Assembly: GCA_030682495.1 (NCBI GenBank) | Contig: JAUXOC010000026.1 | Coordinates: 15,129-79,128 of the forward strand | DNA length: 64,000 nucleotides | DNA from: Alphaproteobacteria bacterium | Lineage (GTDB): Bacteria > Pseudomonadota > Alphaproteobacteria > Micavibrionales > UBA2020 | Direction of reading: 5' to 3' | Shown: positions 17,767-26,727 of the stretch, piece by piece | Layout: every line of letters starts with the position of its first letter | Position numbering within the stretch: the first letter of the stretch is position 1 | Made by a program: the position numbers and the translations under genes | The notes under the pieces: model-generated | Told to the model about the DNA's origin: nothing | The model's input: only the letters and a program-made list of their open reading frames with translations | Database searches by the model: none

Positions 17767-18378
17767 TTGATGACCCGCGAAACGGCCACGACAGATACAC
17801 CCGAATGGTTTCACCGTCTCCAGCGCCGCGCCGGTGCTTTGACGCTGGCCTTCGGTATGACCGTCGCCGCCGCGCAGGAAGCCCAAGCCACCGCCGCTGC
17901 CGCACCGCCCACAGGAGAGGTAACCCCCGCCCTCGGCCCTGTCGATACGCTGTGGAAGACCAATGTGGTCGATGCCGTGCTGCGCCTGCGCACCTGCCCC
18001 GAAACCGGCATTTGCGGGTCGCTGCACTGGGTCAACCCCGATGACCGCCGCGCTTTTGACTATTTCGGCGATCAGGACAGTAAAAAGACATTCCGTCCGA
18101 CGCGGCAGGACATTATGGGGCTTTGCGATTACGCGCCCCGCATGGAATTCAATCAGGTCGCCCCAAACCGCTGGGAAGGCAAGCTGCACATGCGTGGCCG
18201 CGGCGTTACCGTCAATATGACGGCGACGGTTGTGGGCGAAAGCCAAATGCAAGTCGTCGCGTCCAAGGCGATCTTCAGCGAACGCGATACATGGACGCGC
18301 ATCTCCGACAACGACCCGCGCTATCCGCGCTGCACGCCTGTGCGCCCTGACCCTTTACCTTTATATTATATCCCGTAA
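17767..18378 (+). CDS. Secreted protein, DUF2147-like
   Basis: Signal-like ALTLAFGMTVAAAQEAQA. The motif RLRTCPETGICGSLHWVNP resembles the C...CG.I.W signature I associate with DUF2147. This is tentative. Confidence 0.4.
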   Translation: MMTRETATTDTPEWFHRLQRRAGALTLAFGMTVAAAQEAQATAAAAPPTGEVTPALGPVDTLWKTNVVDAVLRLRTCPETGICGSLHWVNPDDRRAFDYFGDQDSKKTFRPTRQDIMGLCDYAPRMEFNQVAPNRWEGKLHMRGRGVTVNMTATVVGESQMQVVASKAIFSERDTWTRISDNDPRYPRCTPVRPDPLPLYYIP

Positions 18379-18390
18379 GGAATTCTGCCG

Positions 18391-19188
18391 ATGACGTCCG
18401 CGCCGCAGCCTGCCCAGCCCCAAGCCGCTTTCACTCTCGATGACATTCGCCGCCTTGTGATGCAGGACTTTCCGCCGCTGTCTGCACAAGTGCCGCCTGC
18501 GGGGGCGGCTACGCTCGGCACATTTGCGCCGCTGCGCCAATGGCTGGCCGATACGCAGGGCAAAACGCAGCCGGCCTTGCGTCATCCGCGCATCGCACTG
18601 TTTCTCAGCCGTCACGGTATTGGCGGCGAATTGCAGCAGGATCTGGCGCAGCTGCCCGCGGCGCTGGCAAAACCCGCACACCCGCTCTCGGCCATTGCCG
18701 CCGACATCAATGCCGATTTGCAGGTTTATGAACTGGATATCGACACCGCCAGTGGCGACCCCGCACAGGGCGCGGCGCTGAGCGAAGCCGAAGCGATGCA
18801 GGCGCTGGCCTATGGTATGATGGCGGTGCAGCCCGGCATCGACTGCGCTGTCATCGCCCTGCCGAACCCTGCGGCAGCGCTTGCCGCGCAGAACCTGCGC
18901 GCCGCACTGGACGGCAAACAAGACGCACTGGCGGCGTTGTTACAATTTGGCGGGTTTGACATTGCCGCCGCCCTTGGCGCGGCGATTGCCGCACGTCTGG
19001 CCAAAGCGCCCGTGCTGCTGGACGACAGCGCCGAGATCATCGGCGATCTCTTGCAGGCGTTCACCCCCGCTGCCGCGCTTCACTGCCGCACAGCGCGTGA
19101 TGTGATTGCCGCAGACATGAAACCCACCGCCGGTCTGCGCGCGGCACTGGCACTGGCGCTGCTCAAGAGCCTCTGCAAAGCCACCTGA
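18391..19188 (+). CDS. CobT (nicotinate-nucleotide:DMB phosphoribosyltransferase)-like protein, short/degenerate
   Basis: The N-terminus (LGTFAPLRQWLADTQGKTQPALRHPRIALFLSRHGI) parallels the CobT pattern. At 265 aa it is shorter than typical CobT, and I do not see the G-E-M-G-I-G-N-T motif. Confidence 0.35.
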   Translation: MTSAPQPAQPQAAFTLDDIRRLVMQDFPPLSAQVPPAGAATLGTFAPLRQWLADTQGKTQPALRHPRIALFLSRHGIGGELQQDLAQLPAALAKPAHPLSAIAADINADLQVYELDIDTASGDPAQGAALSEAEAMQALAYGMMAVQPGIDCAVIALPNPAAALAAQNLRAALDGKQDALAALLQFGGFDIAAALGAAIAARLAKAPVLLDDSAEIIGDLLQAFTPAAALHCRTARDVIAADMKPTAGLRAALALALLKSLCKAT

Positions 19189-19210
19189 GCCTCTCGCCCC
19201 AAACAAAATA

Positions 19211-19243
19211 AAAAAACGCGCCCCGTCAGGAGCGCGTTTTTTT
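19211..19243. terminator. Bidirectional rho-independent terminator
   Basis: AAAAAACGCGC-(10 nt)-GCGCGTTTTTT, with an A-run on one side and a T-run on the other. It lies between convergent genes. Confidence 0.8.
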
Positions 19244-19263
19244 ATTGAGCTTATGCGCCGTGA

Positions 19264-20142
19264 TTAGAACACGTCGCCGCCGATGCCGCCGTTACCGGGC
19301 GGTTTGGGCGGTTTCGGACCTTTGGGGCCGGGCAGCAGTTTGATCGGCTGAGCCGGTGCAACATCTTTGAGCAACTCCAGCTCGCCTTTCGCGCCAACTT
19401 CGACGCGGAAGGTCGAAGACGCACCCTCGCCGAACTTGTTAAAGAGCTGAACAAAGCGCGCATCCATCTTTTTGTCAGTGCCCCAGATCGGCAGGACATC
19501 ATTGTAAATCTGTTCTTCCTGACCGGGCGGCAGCATGATTCTGTTGAAGGGGTTTTTGGACGCCTTCACGATTTCCTTGTTGACGTTTTCAAGGTCGGTG
19601 ATGACCCGTGCCATAAAGGCGCGTTTGGTATCGGTACCGGCTTTTTGCAGGTTCTCGCTGCGCTCGCTCGGATAGGCATCGATATGCGCGACTTCGGCGA
19701 CGAGACCGGCAACCGTGCTGCCGAATTTCTTTTCGATGTTTTCGTAGTCGATGGGGGAGCGGACGCAATCCACCAGCATCACAGCGGCCAGCACATCGGC
19801 CGATGCGTTATCGGCATACTGCTGCAATTCGCGCGCAGGGCCGACACGTTTGGCGGTGAACATCTCGAGCAGGCTTTTCTGCACCATCGGCGCAAGCGCA
19901 CCCATTTGCATCTGGCGCTGTTTTTCGAGGTTTTTCTTTTCCTCTTCATATTCGCCATCGGTCAGGTCACCGGATTGCTTGGCGAAATCCAGCATCATTT
20001 TTTGCTGGTCGAAAATCATGCCGACCTGCTGCTGGACGCTTTTCAGCATCTCTTTTTCGCCGGCCAGTGTATTGGCCTTGCTGAAATTGAAAGCGTCTTC
20101 CACCAGTTTGATCTGGGGCAGTCCTGAATCCTTGAATTCCAT
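19264..20142 (-). CDS. Hypothetical protein with a degenerate HD (RelA/SpoT-hydrolase-like) segment and a Lys/Pro C-terminal tail
   Basis: Start chosen at MEFKDSGLPQ (ATG 20142, preceded by GGAG). LAAVMLVDCVRSPIDYENIEKKFGSTVAGLVAEVAHI resembles the LHDVVED...FG..VA.LV segment, but HD is replaced by VD. The protein ends ...QPIKLLPGPKGPKPPKPPGNGGIGGDVF. Confidence 0.55.
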   Translation of the reverse strand: MEFKDSGLPQIKLVEDAFNFSKANTLAGEKEMLKSVQQQVGMIFDQQKMMLDFAKQSGDLTDGEYEEEKKNLEKQRQMQMGALAPMVQKSLLEMFTAKRVGPARELQQYADNASADVLAAVMLVDCVRSPIDYENIEKKFGSTVAGLVAEVAHIDAYPSERSENLQKAGTDTKRAFMARVITDLENVNKEIVKASKNPFNRIMLPPGQEEQIYNDVLPIWGTDKKMDARFVQLFNKFGEGASSTFRVEVGAKGELELLKDVAPAQPIKLLPGPKGPKPPKPPGNGGIGGDVF

Positions 20143-20258
20143 CTGCGTTCTCCTCGGAGGCTCGGGTGTGTGTCTTTTATTCTTTTTTTGTGTCCGAAAT
20201 TGATAGCATTGTTTTACGCAAAACACAAACCGGACGGTTTATTTCAGAATTATGTTAA

Positions 20259-21074
20259 TTATTCGCCAGACTGCAACAATGTGCCATGTCTGCGCGCGTC
20301 GTTAAATGCCCAATTCAGCACCGATGCCCCCACAATCAGGAAGAACAGGTTCAGCCCGAAGGCCTGCCACATATAATCGGCACGGAAGACGCCGTGCATG
20401 GTGAGGGCGCGCAGCCCTTCGAAGACATGGGTTGCGGGCAGGATCTGCCCCGCCTGCTGCATCCAGACCGGCAGAACATCGGGCGTGTAATAAACAGCGC
20501 AAAACGGCGCAAGGGCAAAGGTCGTCATCCAGGCGAGGCTTTCGGCGCCCGGCCCGGCCTTGACCAGCATGGCCGTAATCAAAAGCCCGAGCCACCAGCC
20601 CATCAAAACCAGATTGAAGAAGAAGAACAGGAGCGGCAGCCCCATATCAAAAATCGAAAAGCCGTAAAACGGCACGGCCAGCAGCGCGGCGGGGATTGCG
20701 CCCACCATGGCGCGGCACAGGCTGACCAGCATAATCGCGCCCATCCATTCGACGGGGCGCAGGGGGCTGACGAACAAATGCCCCATATTGCGCGCCCAGA
20801 TTTCTTCCAGATAGGCGATCGACAGGCCGACCTGCGTGCGGAAGAGAATATCCCAGAGCATGACCGCGCCCAAAAGCGTGCCGAGAGCGATATCAAGCGT
20901 CGTCAGATCGCCCCCGCCGCGCGCGGCAAAAAACCGGCTGACGAATCCCCACAGAATCATCTGCACCGATGGCCAGTACATGATTTCGAGCAAACGCGGC
21001 ACACTGCGGCTGAGAATATAGACATGCCGCAGCCAGACCGCATAAATGCGCGAGAAGGAACCGGGGAGCATCAT
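20259..21074 (-). CDS. ABC-2 type transporter permease
   Basis: 271 aa with 6 predicted TM helices. It overlaps the upstream ABC ATPase gene by 4 nt. Confidence 0.8.
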   Translation of the reverse strand: MMLPGSFSRIYAVWLRHVYILSRSVPRLLEIMYWPSVQMILWGFVSRFFAARGGGDLTTLDIALGTLLGAVMLWDILFRTQVGLSIAYLEEIWARNMGHLFVSPLRPVEWMGAIMLVSLCRAMVGAIPAALLAVPFYGFSIFDMGLPLLFFFFNLVLMGWWLGLLITAMLVKAGPGAESLAWMTTFALAPFCAVYYTPDVLPVWMQQAGQILPATHVFEGLRALTMHGVFRADYMWQAFGLNLFFLIVGASVLNWAFNDARRHGTLLQSGE

Positions 21075-21865
21075 GCCGCCTCCCCTTCCGGCGATTCCGG
21101 ATCGGGGTGATGTGCGGGCGGCGCAGACAAAGCCGAAGTGCCGCGCGCAACATCGAGAAAAACTTCTTCCATATCCTTGCGGCCATAGCGTTTGACCAGA
21201 TCAGCGGGCGTGCCGCGGTCAACGATTTTTCCGCGCTTCATCATCAGCACGTTGTCGCAAAGACGCTCGACCTCTTTCATGTTGTGGGAGGCGAGCAGGA
21301 TTGTCATGCCGCTGCGTTTGCAATGATCCTGCAAATAACCGCGAATGCGATCCGCCGTATCGGGGTCGAGCGAGGCCGTGGGCTCGTCCAGCAGCAACAA
21401 ATCCGGCGCATTCACCAGCGATTTGGCGAGCGAGGCGCGCGTCTGCTGCCCCGCCGACAATTTGCCAAGGCCGCGGTCGATAAATTCGCCAAGGTCAAGC
21501 TCCTCCGCCAGCGCATCGATCCGTTTTTCAAGATCGCGCACGCCATAGAGCCTGCCGTAGATACGCAGGTTTTCGCGCACCGTCAGTTTTTTGGGCAGAT
21601 CGACATAGGGTGATGAAAAATTCATGCGCGCCAGCGCGCGGAAACGGTCTTTCGCCATATCATGACCGAGCATCTGCACGCGGCCCGATGTGGGCAGCAG
21701 CGCGCCGAGCATCATGGCAATCGTCGTGGTTTTGCCCGCGCCATTGCCGCCCAAAAGCGCGGTCACACTGCCCGGCGGCACGTCAAACGAAATGCCGTCA
21801 ACAGCACGCACGGTTTTGTATTGCTTGACGAGGTCAGAGACAGAGATGACGGCGGCGGAAGACAA
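21071..21865 (-). CDS. ABC transporter ATP-binding protein (ABC-2 subfamily)
   Basis: Walker A GGNGAGKTT, signature LSAGQQTR, Walker B LLLLDEPT, H-loop ASHNM. Confidence 0.9.
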   Translation of the reverse strand: MSSAAVISVSDLVKQYKTVRAVDGISFDVPPGSVTALLGGNGAGKTTTIAMMLGALLPTSGRVQMLGHDMAKDRFRALARMNFSSPYVDLPKKLTVRENLRIYGRLYGVRDLEKRIDALAEELDLGEFIDRGLGKLSAGQQTRASLAKSLVNAPDLLLLDEPTASLDPDTADRIRGYLQDHCKRSGMTILLASHNMKEVERLCDNVLMMKRGKIVDRGTPADLVKRYGRKDMEEVFLDVARGTSALSAPPAHHPDPESPEGEAA

Positions 21866-21868
21866 GAC

Positions 21869-22378
21869 CTATTTATCCTTGTCTTTTTCTTTCTCTTTTT
21901 CTTTTTTGCGGAAGCTGTCGAGAGAGATGACTTCGCCTTTTTTCTTCTGCTTGTCGTCTTTGTCGAGGTCGAGCTCTTCGGCATCAAAGCGGATGTCTTC
22001 GTCGTCGTCTTCGCTCAGGGGCTGGAATTGCAGCGCAAAGTTCACCGACGGATCGGCAAAGATTGTCACCGCAGACAGTGGAATGGTCAGACGCTCCGGC
22101 ACGTTGTTAAAGCTGAGCATGACGGAAAAACGGTCGTCGTCGACTTCAAGGTCGTAAAACTGGTGTTGCAGCACGATGGTCATTTCACCGGGATAGCGTT
22201 CCTTGAGATAATCCGGCAGCTTGACGCCGGCATACTCTGTGTAAAATGTAATATAGAAATGGTGGTCTTCGACCAGCCCATCCTGCACAACCTCTTGCAG
22301 CGCATTGCGCACGACGCCGCGCAGGGCGCGCTCGACCATTTTGTCGTAACGGAATGCTTCTTCGTGATTACGGGCCAT
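21869..22378 (-). CDS. sspB: ClpXP adaptor SspB (alphaproteobacterial type)
   Basis: RYDKMVERALRGVVRNALQEV...HHFYITFYTEYAGVKLPDYLKERYPGEMTIVLQHQFYDLEVDDDRFSVMLSFNNVPERLTIPLSAVTIFADPSV matches the SspB fold pattern. An acidic/Lys-rich flexible tail follows. Confidence 0.8.
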   Translation of the reverse strand: MARNHEEAFRYDKMVERALRGVVRNALQEVVQDGLVEDHHFYITFYTEYAGVKLPDYLKERYPGEMTIVLQHQFYDLEVDDDRFSVMLSFNNVPERLTIPLSAVTIFADPSVNFALQFQPLSEDDDEDIRFDAEELDLDKDDKQKKKGEVISLDSFRKKEKEKEKDKDK

Positions 22379-22496
22379 TCTGATTCCTGCCTGATTCCTG
22401 CCGTTTTTTATTTTTTAACACTTTAAAGATTGCGCCGCCGCATGTCACGGGGTTTTCGGGTCGATATTATGTTGAAGCGGCGCGGAAATGCGCCAA

Positions 22497-22845
22497 AAAG
22501 AAAATGGGGCAGTTCTGTTGCTAGGCCTGCCCCGCGCCCCACCTTTACTGTCACCAGAAAGGGATTGAAGTTGCTAGTTACTCAGGCCGCTGTTAGGCAG
22601 CGAGAGCGACTTGTACCCTTGCGGGTGCGTTGTCATTAGCATCTATAAAAATAGCCCGATAACGGCGGAACAATGCCGGACGAAAGCAACCATCTTTACT
22701 ACGCACGTCGATCCTATTTCGGCCCCATACCGGCGCGACCCGAAAGCCGCAAACTTGATAATGGTGGAGCCGCCGGGTACCGCCCCCGGGTCCGTATCGC
22801 TTATTCCACAGCACGTTTATCGTCATAGTCGGTTTAACCCGACAT
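22497..22845 (-). ncRNA. ssrA: Two-piece (circularly permuted) tmRNA gene
   Basis: All read on the minus strand. The acceptor piece ends ...CCGGG-GGCGGTA-CCCGG-CGGCTCC-A-CCA (CCA at 22764-22762). A 35-nt intervening segment follows (22761-22727). The coding piece starts GGGGCCGAAATAGGATCGACGTGCG at 22726. GGGGCCG pairs with CGGCTCC and includes the G3:U pair. The tag frame GCT AAT GAC AAC GCA CCC GCA AGG GTA CAA GTC GCT CTC GCT GCC TAA encodes ANDNAPARVQVALAA* (22640-22593). A hairpin GGGGCAG...CTGCCCC plus a T-run lies at ~22533-22497. The ends are approximate. Confidence 0.88.
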
Positions 22846-22849
22846 ATTT

Positions 22850-22878
22850 ATTATAGGTCAAACCAGCTGAAAATCCAA
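22850..22878 (-). promoter_or_regulatory. Putative sigma70-type promoter of ssrA
   Basis: Minus strand TTGGAT (22878-22873), a 17-nt spacer, then TATAAT (22855-22850), just upstream of the acceptor piece. Confidence 0.5.
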
Positions 22879-22968
22879 TGATTTAAAAGAATTGCTGCGC
22901 TGCGGCGGGCGTTTTTGCTTGGGGGTTTGTGGTCATATTGTTAGAATTATTCACAATTCGGAGAAAAT

Positions 22969-24177
22969 ATGGTCGAACCTGTCAAAAAAGAGCCCGCGGA
23001 AGATAGGGAATTGCGCGACTGTCCAAAGACAGACCCCACCCCTGCGCGTGATCTTGAACCCGCGCCTGCGCGCGATATCGAACCCGCGCCTGCGCGCGAT
23101 ATCGAAAAAGAAGAAGCCCAGCGCGCACAGCTGGGCGAGCAGTTGAAAACCGTCGATGGCTGGATGGAGAACCTGCACGACCCCGAACGGGGCGGTGTGG
23201 GCAAGGCTTTTTTGCGCGCAACGGAGCATATCCTGCGCAGCGAAGACCTTGATTTCCAGATGAAGCCCAGCGCGGGCTATCATTCCTTTATCTACCCGCC
23301 CAAGCCGGAACAGGACAGTTTCAGCAACTATGTCCTCTACGGCATCGAAGCGCTTGAAAACGCCGCGCGGCTGATGGGCGCGCGCACGCATGAATTTGTG
23401 CATGCCCTGCAATATCAGTCTGCCGCCGCCCTGCACGCCGACCCGTTCAACGATGCCACGCACATCATCGTATCGCCCTATGACTATGTGCTGCGCAAAG
23501 AACGTCTGGAGCAGGACGCCTATGTCAAGGGCGCCTGGCTTTGTTCGCTGGCTGTTGGTGATGCGCCGGAGATCGTCAAGGCGATGCAGGGATCGCCGCT
23601 GCCGATTGATACCTTTCAAAAGATACGATCAGAAAGCGCCTCTTTGCAGGATGCTTTCGAAGCTGCCGCGCGCGCCTGCCGCAATCTGCTCGGCGTCTGG
23701 GCGAAGGATGCGGAAAAAAGCGTCATCGCCGACGAATGGCATGAACGCGCACTTGAAGAATACGATCTGTTGCTGAAATACCGCTTCGAAAACCTGCAGG
23801 AAGGTGAAGCCCTGACGCTGGTGCTTCTGGAGGGACCGGATATTCTGGAGATCGGCGCCTCTTTCGGCCCCAATACTTTTGGAGCGGATGCGGAAAACCC
23901 TGCCCTGACCGAAATTGAAAACCTCTCCCCCGCCAATGCCAAAAAACTGGCCGAGATCGAAAAGAAATACGGCATCGCCCCGCGCGCGGAATTGCCGACA
24001 GTTGACGATGCGCTCGCCGCCGCAAGCACGACCCGTGCGGCTTTTATCGACGCCTCCAGAAACCACAAGGGCGCACCGGCCAAACCCGTTGCCACCGTAG
24101 ATGCTCCCAAAGCCGCCAACGACACCACCGCGCCCGCGCGCCAGCAAAACACCGGCCCGCGCCCGCCCGCGTTTTAA
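22969..24177 (+). CDS. Hypothetical protein with an HExxHxxQ putative metallopeptidase motif and an N-terminal octapeptide repeat
   Basis: GGAG precedes the ATG. The N-terminus contains PTPARDLEPAPARDIEPAPARDIE. It has THEFVHALQYQ, followed 40 aa later by EQDAYVKGAW. I saw no signal peptide. It ends ...QQNTGPRPPAF. Confidence 0.65.
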   Translation: MVEPVKKEPAEDRELRDCPKTDPTPARDLEPAPARDIEPAPARDIEKEEAQRAQLGEQLKTVDGWMENLHDPERGGVGKAFLRATEHILRSEDLDFQMKPSAGYHSFIYPPKPEQDSFSNYVLYGIEALENAARLMGARTHEFVHALQYQSAAALHADPFNDATHIIVSPYDYVLRKERLEQDAYVKGAWLCSLAVGDAPEIVKAMQGSPLPIDTFQKIRSESASLQDAFEAAARACRNLLGVWAKDAEKSVIADEWHERALEEYDLLLKYRFENLQEGEALTLVLLEGPDILEIGASFGPNTFGADAENPALTEIENLSPANAKKLAEIEKKYGIAPRAELPTVDDALAAASTTRAAFIDASRNHKGAPAKPVATVDAPKAANDTTAPARQQNTGPRPPAF

Positions 24178-24201
24178 CCGGCGCTTTCATTCATAAAAGA
24201 A

Positions 24202-24316
24202 CACGATTATCCCCTTGAAACACGCACCTCGTCATACCGGTGCCATGCTTTGCATGCGGAGCATGACAGCCGGTATGACAAAAAAGGAGGCTACATGCTT
24301 CAAGAGGATAATCGCC
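24202..24316. mobile_element. Nested-palindrome intergenic element (MITE-like), copy 2, full length
   Basis: It has the same architecture as copy 1 (..CGATTATCCCCTTGAAACACG...GTCATACCGG...CCGGTATGAC...CTTCAAGAGGATAATCGCC). It is flanked by a perfect 8-bp direct repeat TAAAAGAA (24194-24201 and 24317-24324). Confidence 0.8.
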
Positions 24317-24327
24317 TAAAAGAAAAA

Positions 24328-25293
24328 TCAGAGATAAAGATCGGCACCGTGTTTTTTGCGGTGCTGGCGCTGTTTTTGGGTCATGGCTTTGTTGACCTCT
24401 TTGACCAGCGGCGGCACTTTGGCGGCGGCCTGAAAAAAGCGGTGCGCCAGACGCGGTGATAATAGCGTCTTTTCAAGATGCGCGCGCATTTCGGGCTGCG
24501 CCAGATAATTGGGTACATCCGTATTGGCGGCGTCAAACCCGCGCCCGAGTTTTTCGATCACTGTGTCCAGCGCGGTCGGAATGCCGTGGATCACCGGCGG
24601 CTTGTTTTTACCCTTATAGGGCTGGAATTGTGTTTTGAAATTGACGGGTGTCACATCCGGCAAATGCAGCTTGGTACCCATACGGCGCGCCGCGGTTTCG
24701 CCATAGAATGTGCCGTGCGCATTGTGCCAACGGGTAAATTCGCCGCCCATCAAAGCTTCGCGCGGCAGCATCTCCGGCGATTTCATACCTTCTTCGTAAT
24801 GCCAGCTGGCCGTTTCCTGACGCGCCGATGCATATTGCCACGCGCTGGCATCTGCTTCGATCAGGGCGATCTGCGTCATGTATTCGGCAAAGCTGCGCGC
24901 CGCCGTCGGGATCATACCCTGTTTGTCCTGCCAGCCATGGCGGATTTCATGCACCAGCATGGGGAGCGCAATGGCCGGATTGTTGCTGTAACGCGCGCCG
25001 AGGCCGACAACCCCTGTGCCCATCGTGTAATAGGCACCCGCATTTTGCAGACTGTGGTCGATAAAAAATTTCATGCCGTTCTTTTCGGCCCAGTTAAAGG
25101 CTTCGCGCGTGACGGGAGCCGAGGCGGCTCTGAAAAGATTTTTCAGCCGCTGCTGGTCGACAGCTTCCTGCATCGGGTCGCGTTTCGCCATAAAAGCGTC
25201 AAAGCCGCGCTGATCCCAGACGAGGGTTGTTTCGGTATCCTGAAAAAGGGCATGTGGCATGACGGGTTTCCTTGATAGGCAGTATATTTTCAT
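24328..25293 (-). CDS. Hypothetical protein with an HExxHxxQ putative metallopeptidase motif (distant paralog of 22969..24177)
   Basis: LPMLVHEIRHGWQDKQ, followed 31 aa later by IEADASAWQY. There is no obvious signal peptide. Confidence 0.65.
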   Translation of the reverse strand: MKIYCLSRKPVMPHALFQDTETTLVWDQRGFDAFMAKRDPMQEAVDQQRLKNLFRAASAPVTREAFNWAEKNGMKFFIDHSLQNAGAYYTMGTGVVGLGARYSNNPAIALPMLVHEIRHGWQDKQGMIPTAARSFAEYMTQIALIEADASAWQYASARQETASWHYEEGMKSPEMLPREALMGGEFTRWHNAHGTFYGETAARRMGTKLHLPDVTPVNFKTQFQPYKGKNKPPVIHGIPTALDTVIEKLGRGFDAANTDVPNYLAQPEMRAHLEKTLLSPRLAHRFFQAAAKVPPLVKEVNKAMTQKQRQHRKKHGADLYL

Positions 25294-25417
25294 AATGTAT
25301 AGAGGCTGTCAAGTGCGCCGCAGGGGTTTTGGTTGAAATACCCCTGCGGTTTCGGGCATGCTGAAAACATCGATGCGAAAAAGCGGCACGGAGGAAATCC
25401 GGCCATAAGGGGAAAAA

Positions 25418-26212
25418 ATGAAGCAATATCATGACCTGATGCGCCATGTGCTGGAACACGGCGTCTATAAGCAGAACCGCACCGGCACGGCGGCCTATAG
25501 CTGCTTTGGTTATCAGAACCGCTATGACCTTGCCGAGGGCTTTCCCCTTGTCACCACCAAAAAGGTGCATACCAAATCGATCATTCACGAGCTTCTGTGG
25601 TTCCTCAAGGGCGATACCAATACCGCCTATCTTAAAGACAACAAGGTCAGCATCTGGGATGAATGGGCGGATGCAGAGGGCAACCTCGGTCCTGTCTACG
25701 GCCACCAATGGCGGTCATGGCCGAAGCCCGATGGCGGCAGCATCGACCAGATCGCGCAGTTGATCGAAGACATCAAAAAGAACCCCGACAGCCGCCGCCA
25801 TATTGTGACGGCATGGAACCCTGCCGACATTCCCAAAATGGCGCTGGCCCCTTGCCACTGTTTTTTCCAGTTCTATGTCGCAGAGGGAAAACTGTCGTGC
25901 CAGCTGTACCAGCGCAGCGCCGATGTGTTTCTGGGCGTGCCTTTCAACATTGCCTCCTACGCGCTGCTCACGCTGATGGTGGCGCAGGTGACGGGGCTGA
26001 AACCGGGCGATTTCGTACATAGTTTCGGCGACCTGCACATCTACGAAAACCATATGGAACAGGTGAAATTGCAGCTCAGCCGCACACCGCACAAATTGCC
26101 GCGTATGGAGCTGAATCCCTACGTCAAAGATATTTTCGGATTCAAATTCGAAGATTTCGAGCTGCTGGATTACACCTGCGATGCGCCGATCAAGGCGGAG
26201 GTTGCGGTATGA
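25418..26212 (+). CDS. thyA: Thymidylate synthase
   Basis: [15 protein letters not shown]...RTGT...[12 protein letters not shown]...[11 protein letters not shown]...[10 protein letters not shown]...DLHIYENH; full-length ThyA at 264 aa. Confidence 0.97.
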   Translation: MKQYHDLMRHVLEHGVYKQNRTGTAAYSCFGYQNRYDLAEGFPLVTTKKVHTKSIIHELLWFLKGDTNTAYLKDNKVSIWDEWADAEGNLGPVYGHQWRSWPKPDGGSIDQIAQLIEDIKKNPDSRRHIVTAWNPADIPKMALAPCHCFFQFYVAEGKLSCQLYQRSADVFLGVPFNIASYALLTLMVAQVTGLKPGDFVHSFGDLHIYENHMEQVKLQLSRTPHKLPRMELNPYVKDIFGFKFEDFELLDYTCDAPIKAEVAV

Positions 26213-26727
26213 CCGCAGCCAAAATATCGCTCATCGCCGCCGTTGCCGAAAACGGCGTCATTGGCAAAGGGAACGAGCTGCCGTGGCGGATCAAATCCGA
26301 AATGCAGTATTTCAAGCGCACCACGTCCGGAAAGCCTGTCGTCATGGGGCGCAAGAGTTTTGAATCGCTCGGCAAGCCCCTGACGGATCGCACCAACATC
26401 ATCATCAGCCGCAATCCGGAGTATCGCATCGAAGGCTGCGTGACGGTGACGTCGCTGGACGAAGGGCTTGCCGCCGCGCAGGAGGTTGCAGCACGTGACG
26501 GCGTTGATGAGATTTTTATCGGCGGCGGAGCGGATATTTACCGCCAGACGCTGCCACTGGCAGACCGCCTTTATCTGACCGACGTGCATCTGACGCCGGA
26601 GGGAGATACCCTCTTCCCCGCGTTTGACCGCGCCGGCTGGCGGGAGGTCAAACGCGAATTCCACGCCGCGAAAGACGGTGAAAGTGCCGATTACACCATC
26701 ACCGTGCTGGAGCGGGCAGAGGTCTAG
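26209..26727 (+). CDS. folA: Dihydrofolate reductase
   Basis: [60 protein letters not shown]. It overlaps thyA by 4 nt. Confidence 0.92.
   Translation: MTAAKISLIAAVAENGVIGKGNELPWRIKSEMQYFKRTTSGKPVVMGRKSFESLGKPLTDRTNIIISRNPEYRIEGCVTVTSLDEGLAAAQEVAARDGVDEIFIGGGADIYRQTLPLADRLYLTDVHLTPEGDTLFPAFDRAGWREVKREFHAAKDGESADYTITVLERAEV

Noticed and set aside
17603-18921. Minus-strand ORFs 17603-17905, 17722-18252 and 18361-18921
   Set aside because: They are Arg/Gly-rich shadow frames that overlap the better-supported + strand genes (a signal-peptide protein and the CobT-like protein).
22593-22826. 77-aa minus-strand ORF in the ssrA region
   Set aside because: Only its last 15 codons (ANDNAPARVQVALAA*) are meaningful, and they are the tmRNA tag reading frame. 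The rest runs through the tRNA-like and spacer parts of the RNA gene.
22969-25293. tmRNA-associated genomic island or prophage
   Set aside because: There is no integrase, no phage genes and no duplicated ssrA 3' fragment in the window. The genes lie on the promoter side of ssrA, not the 3' side. I kept it only as an orphan-gene observation.
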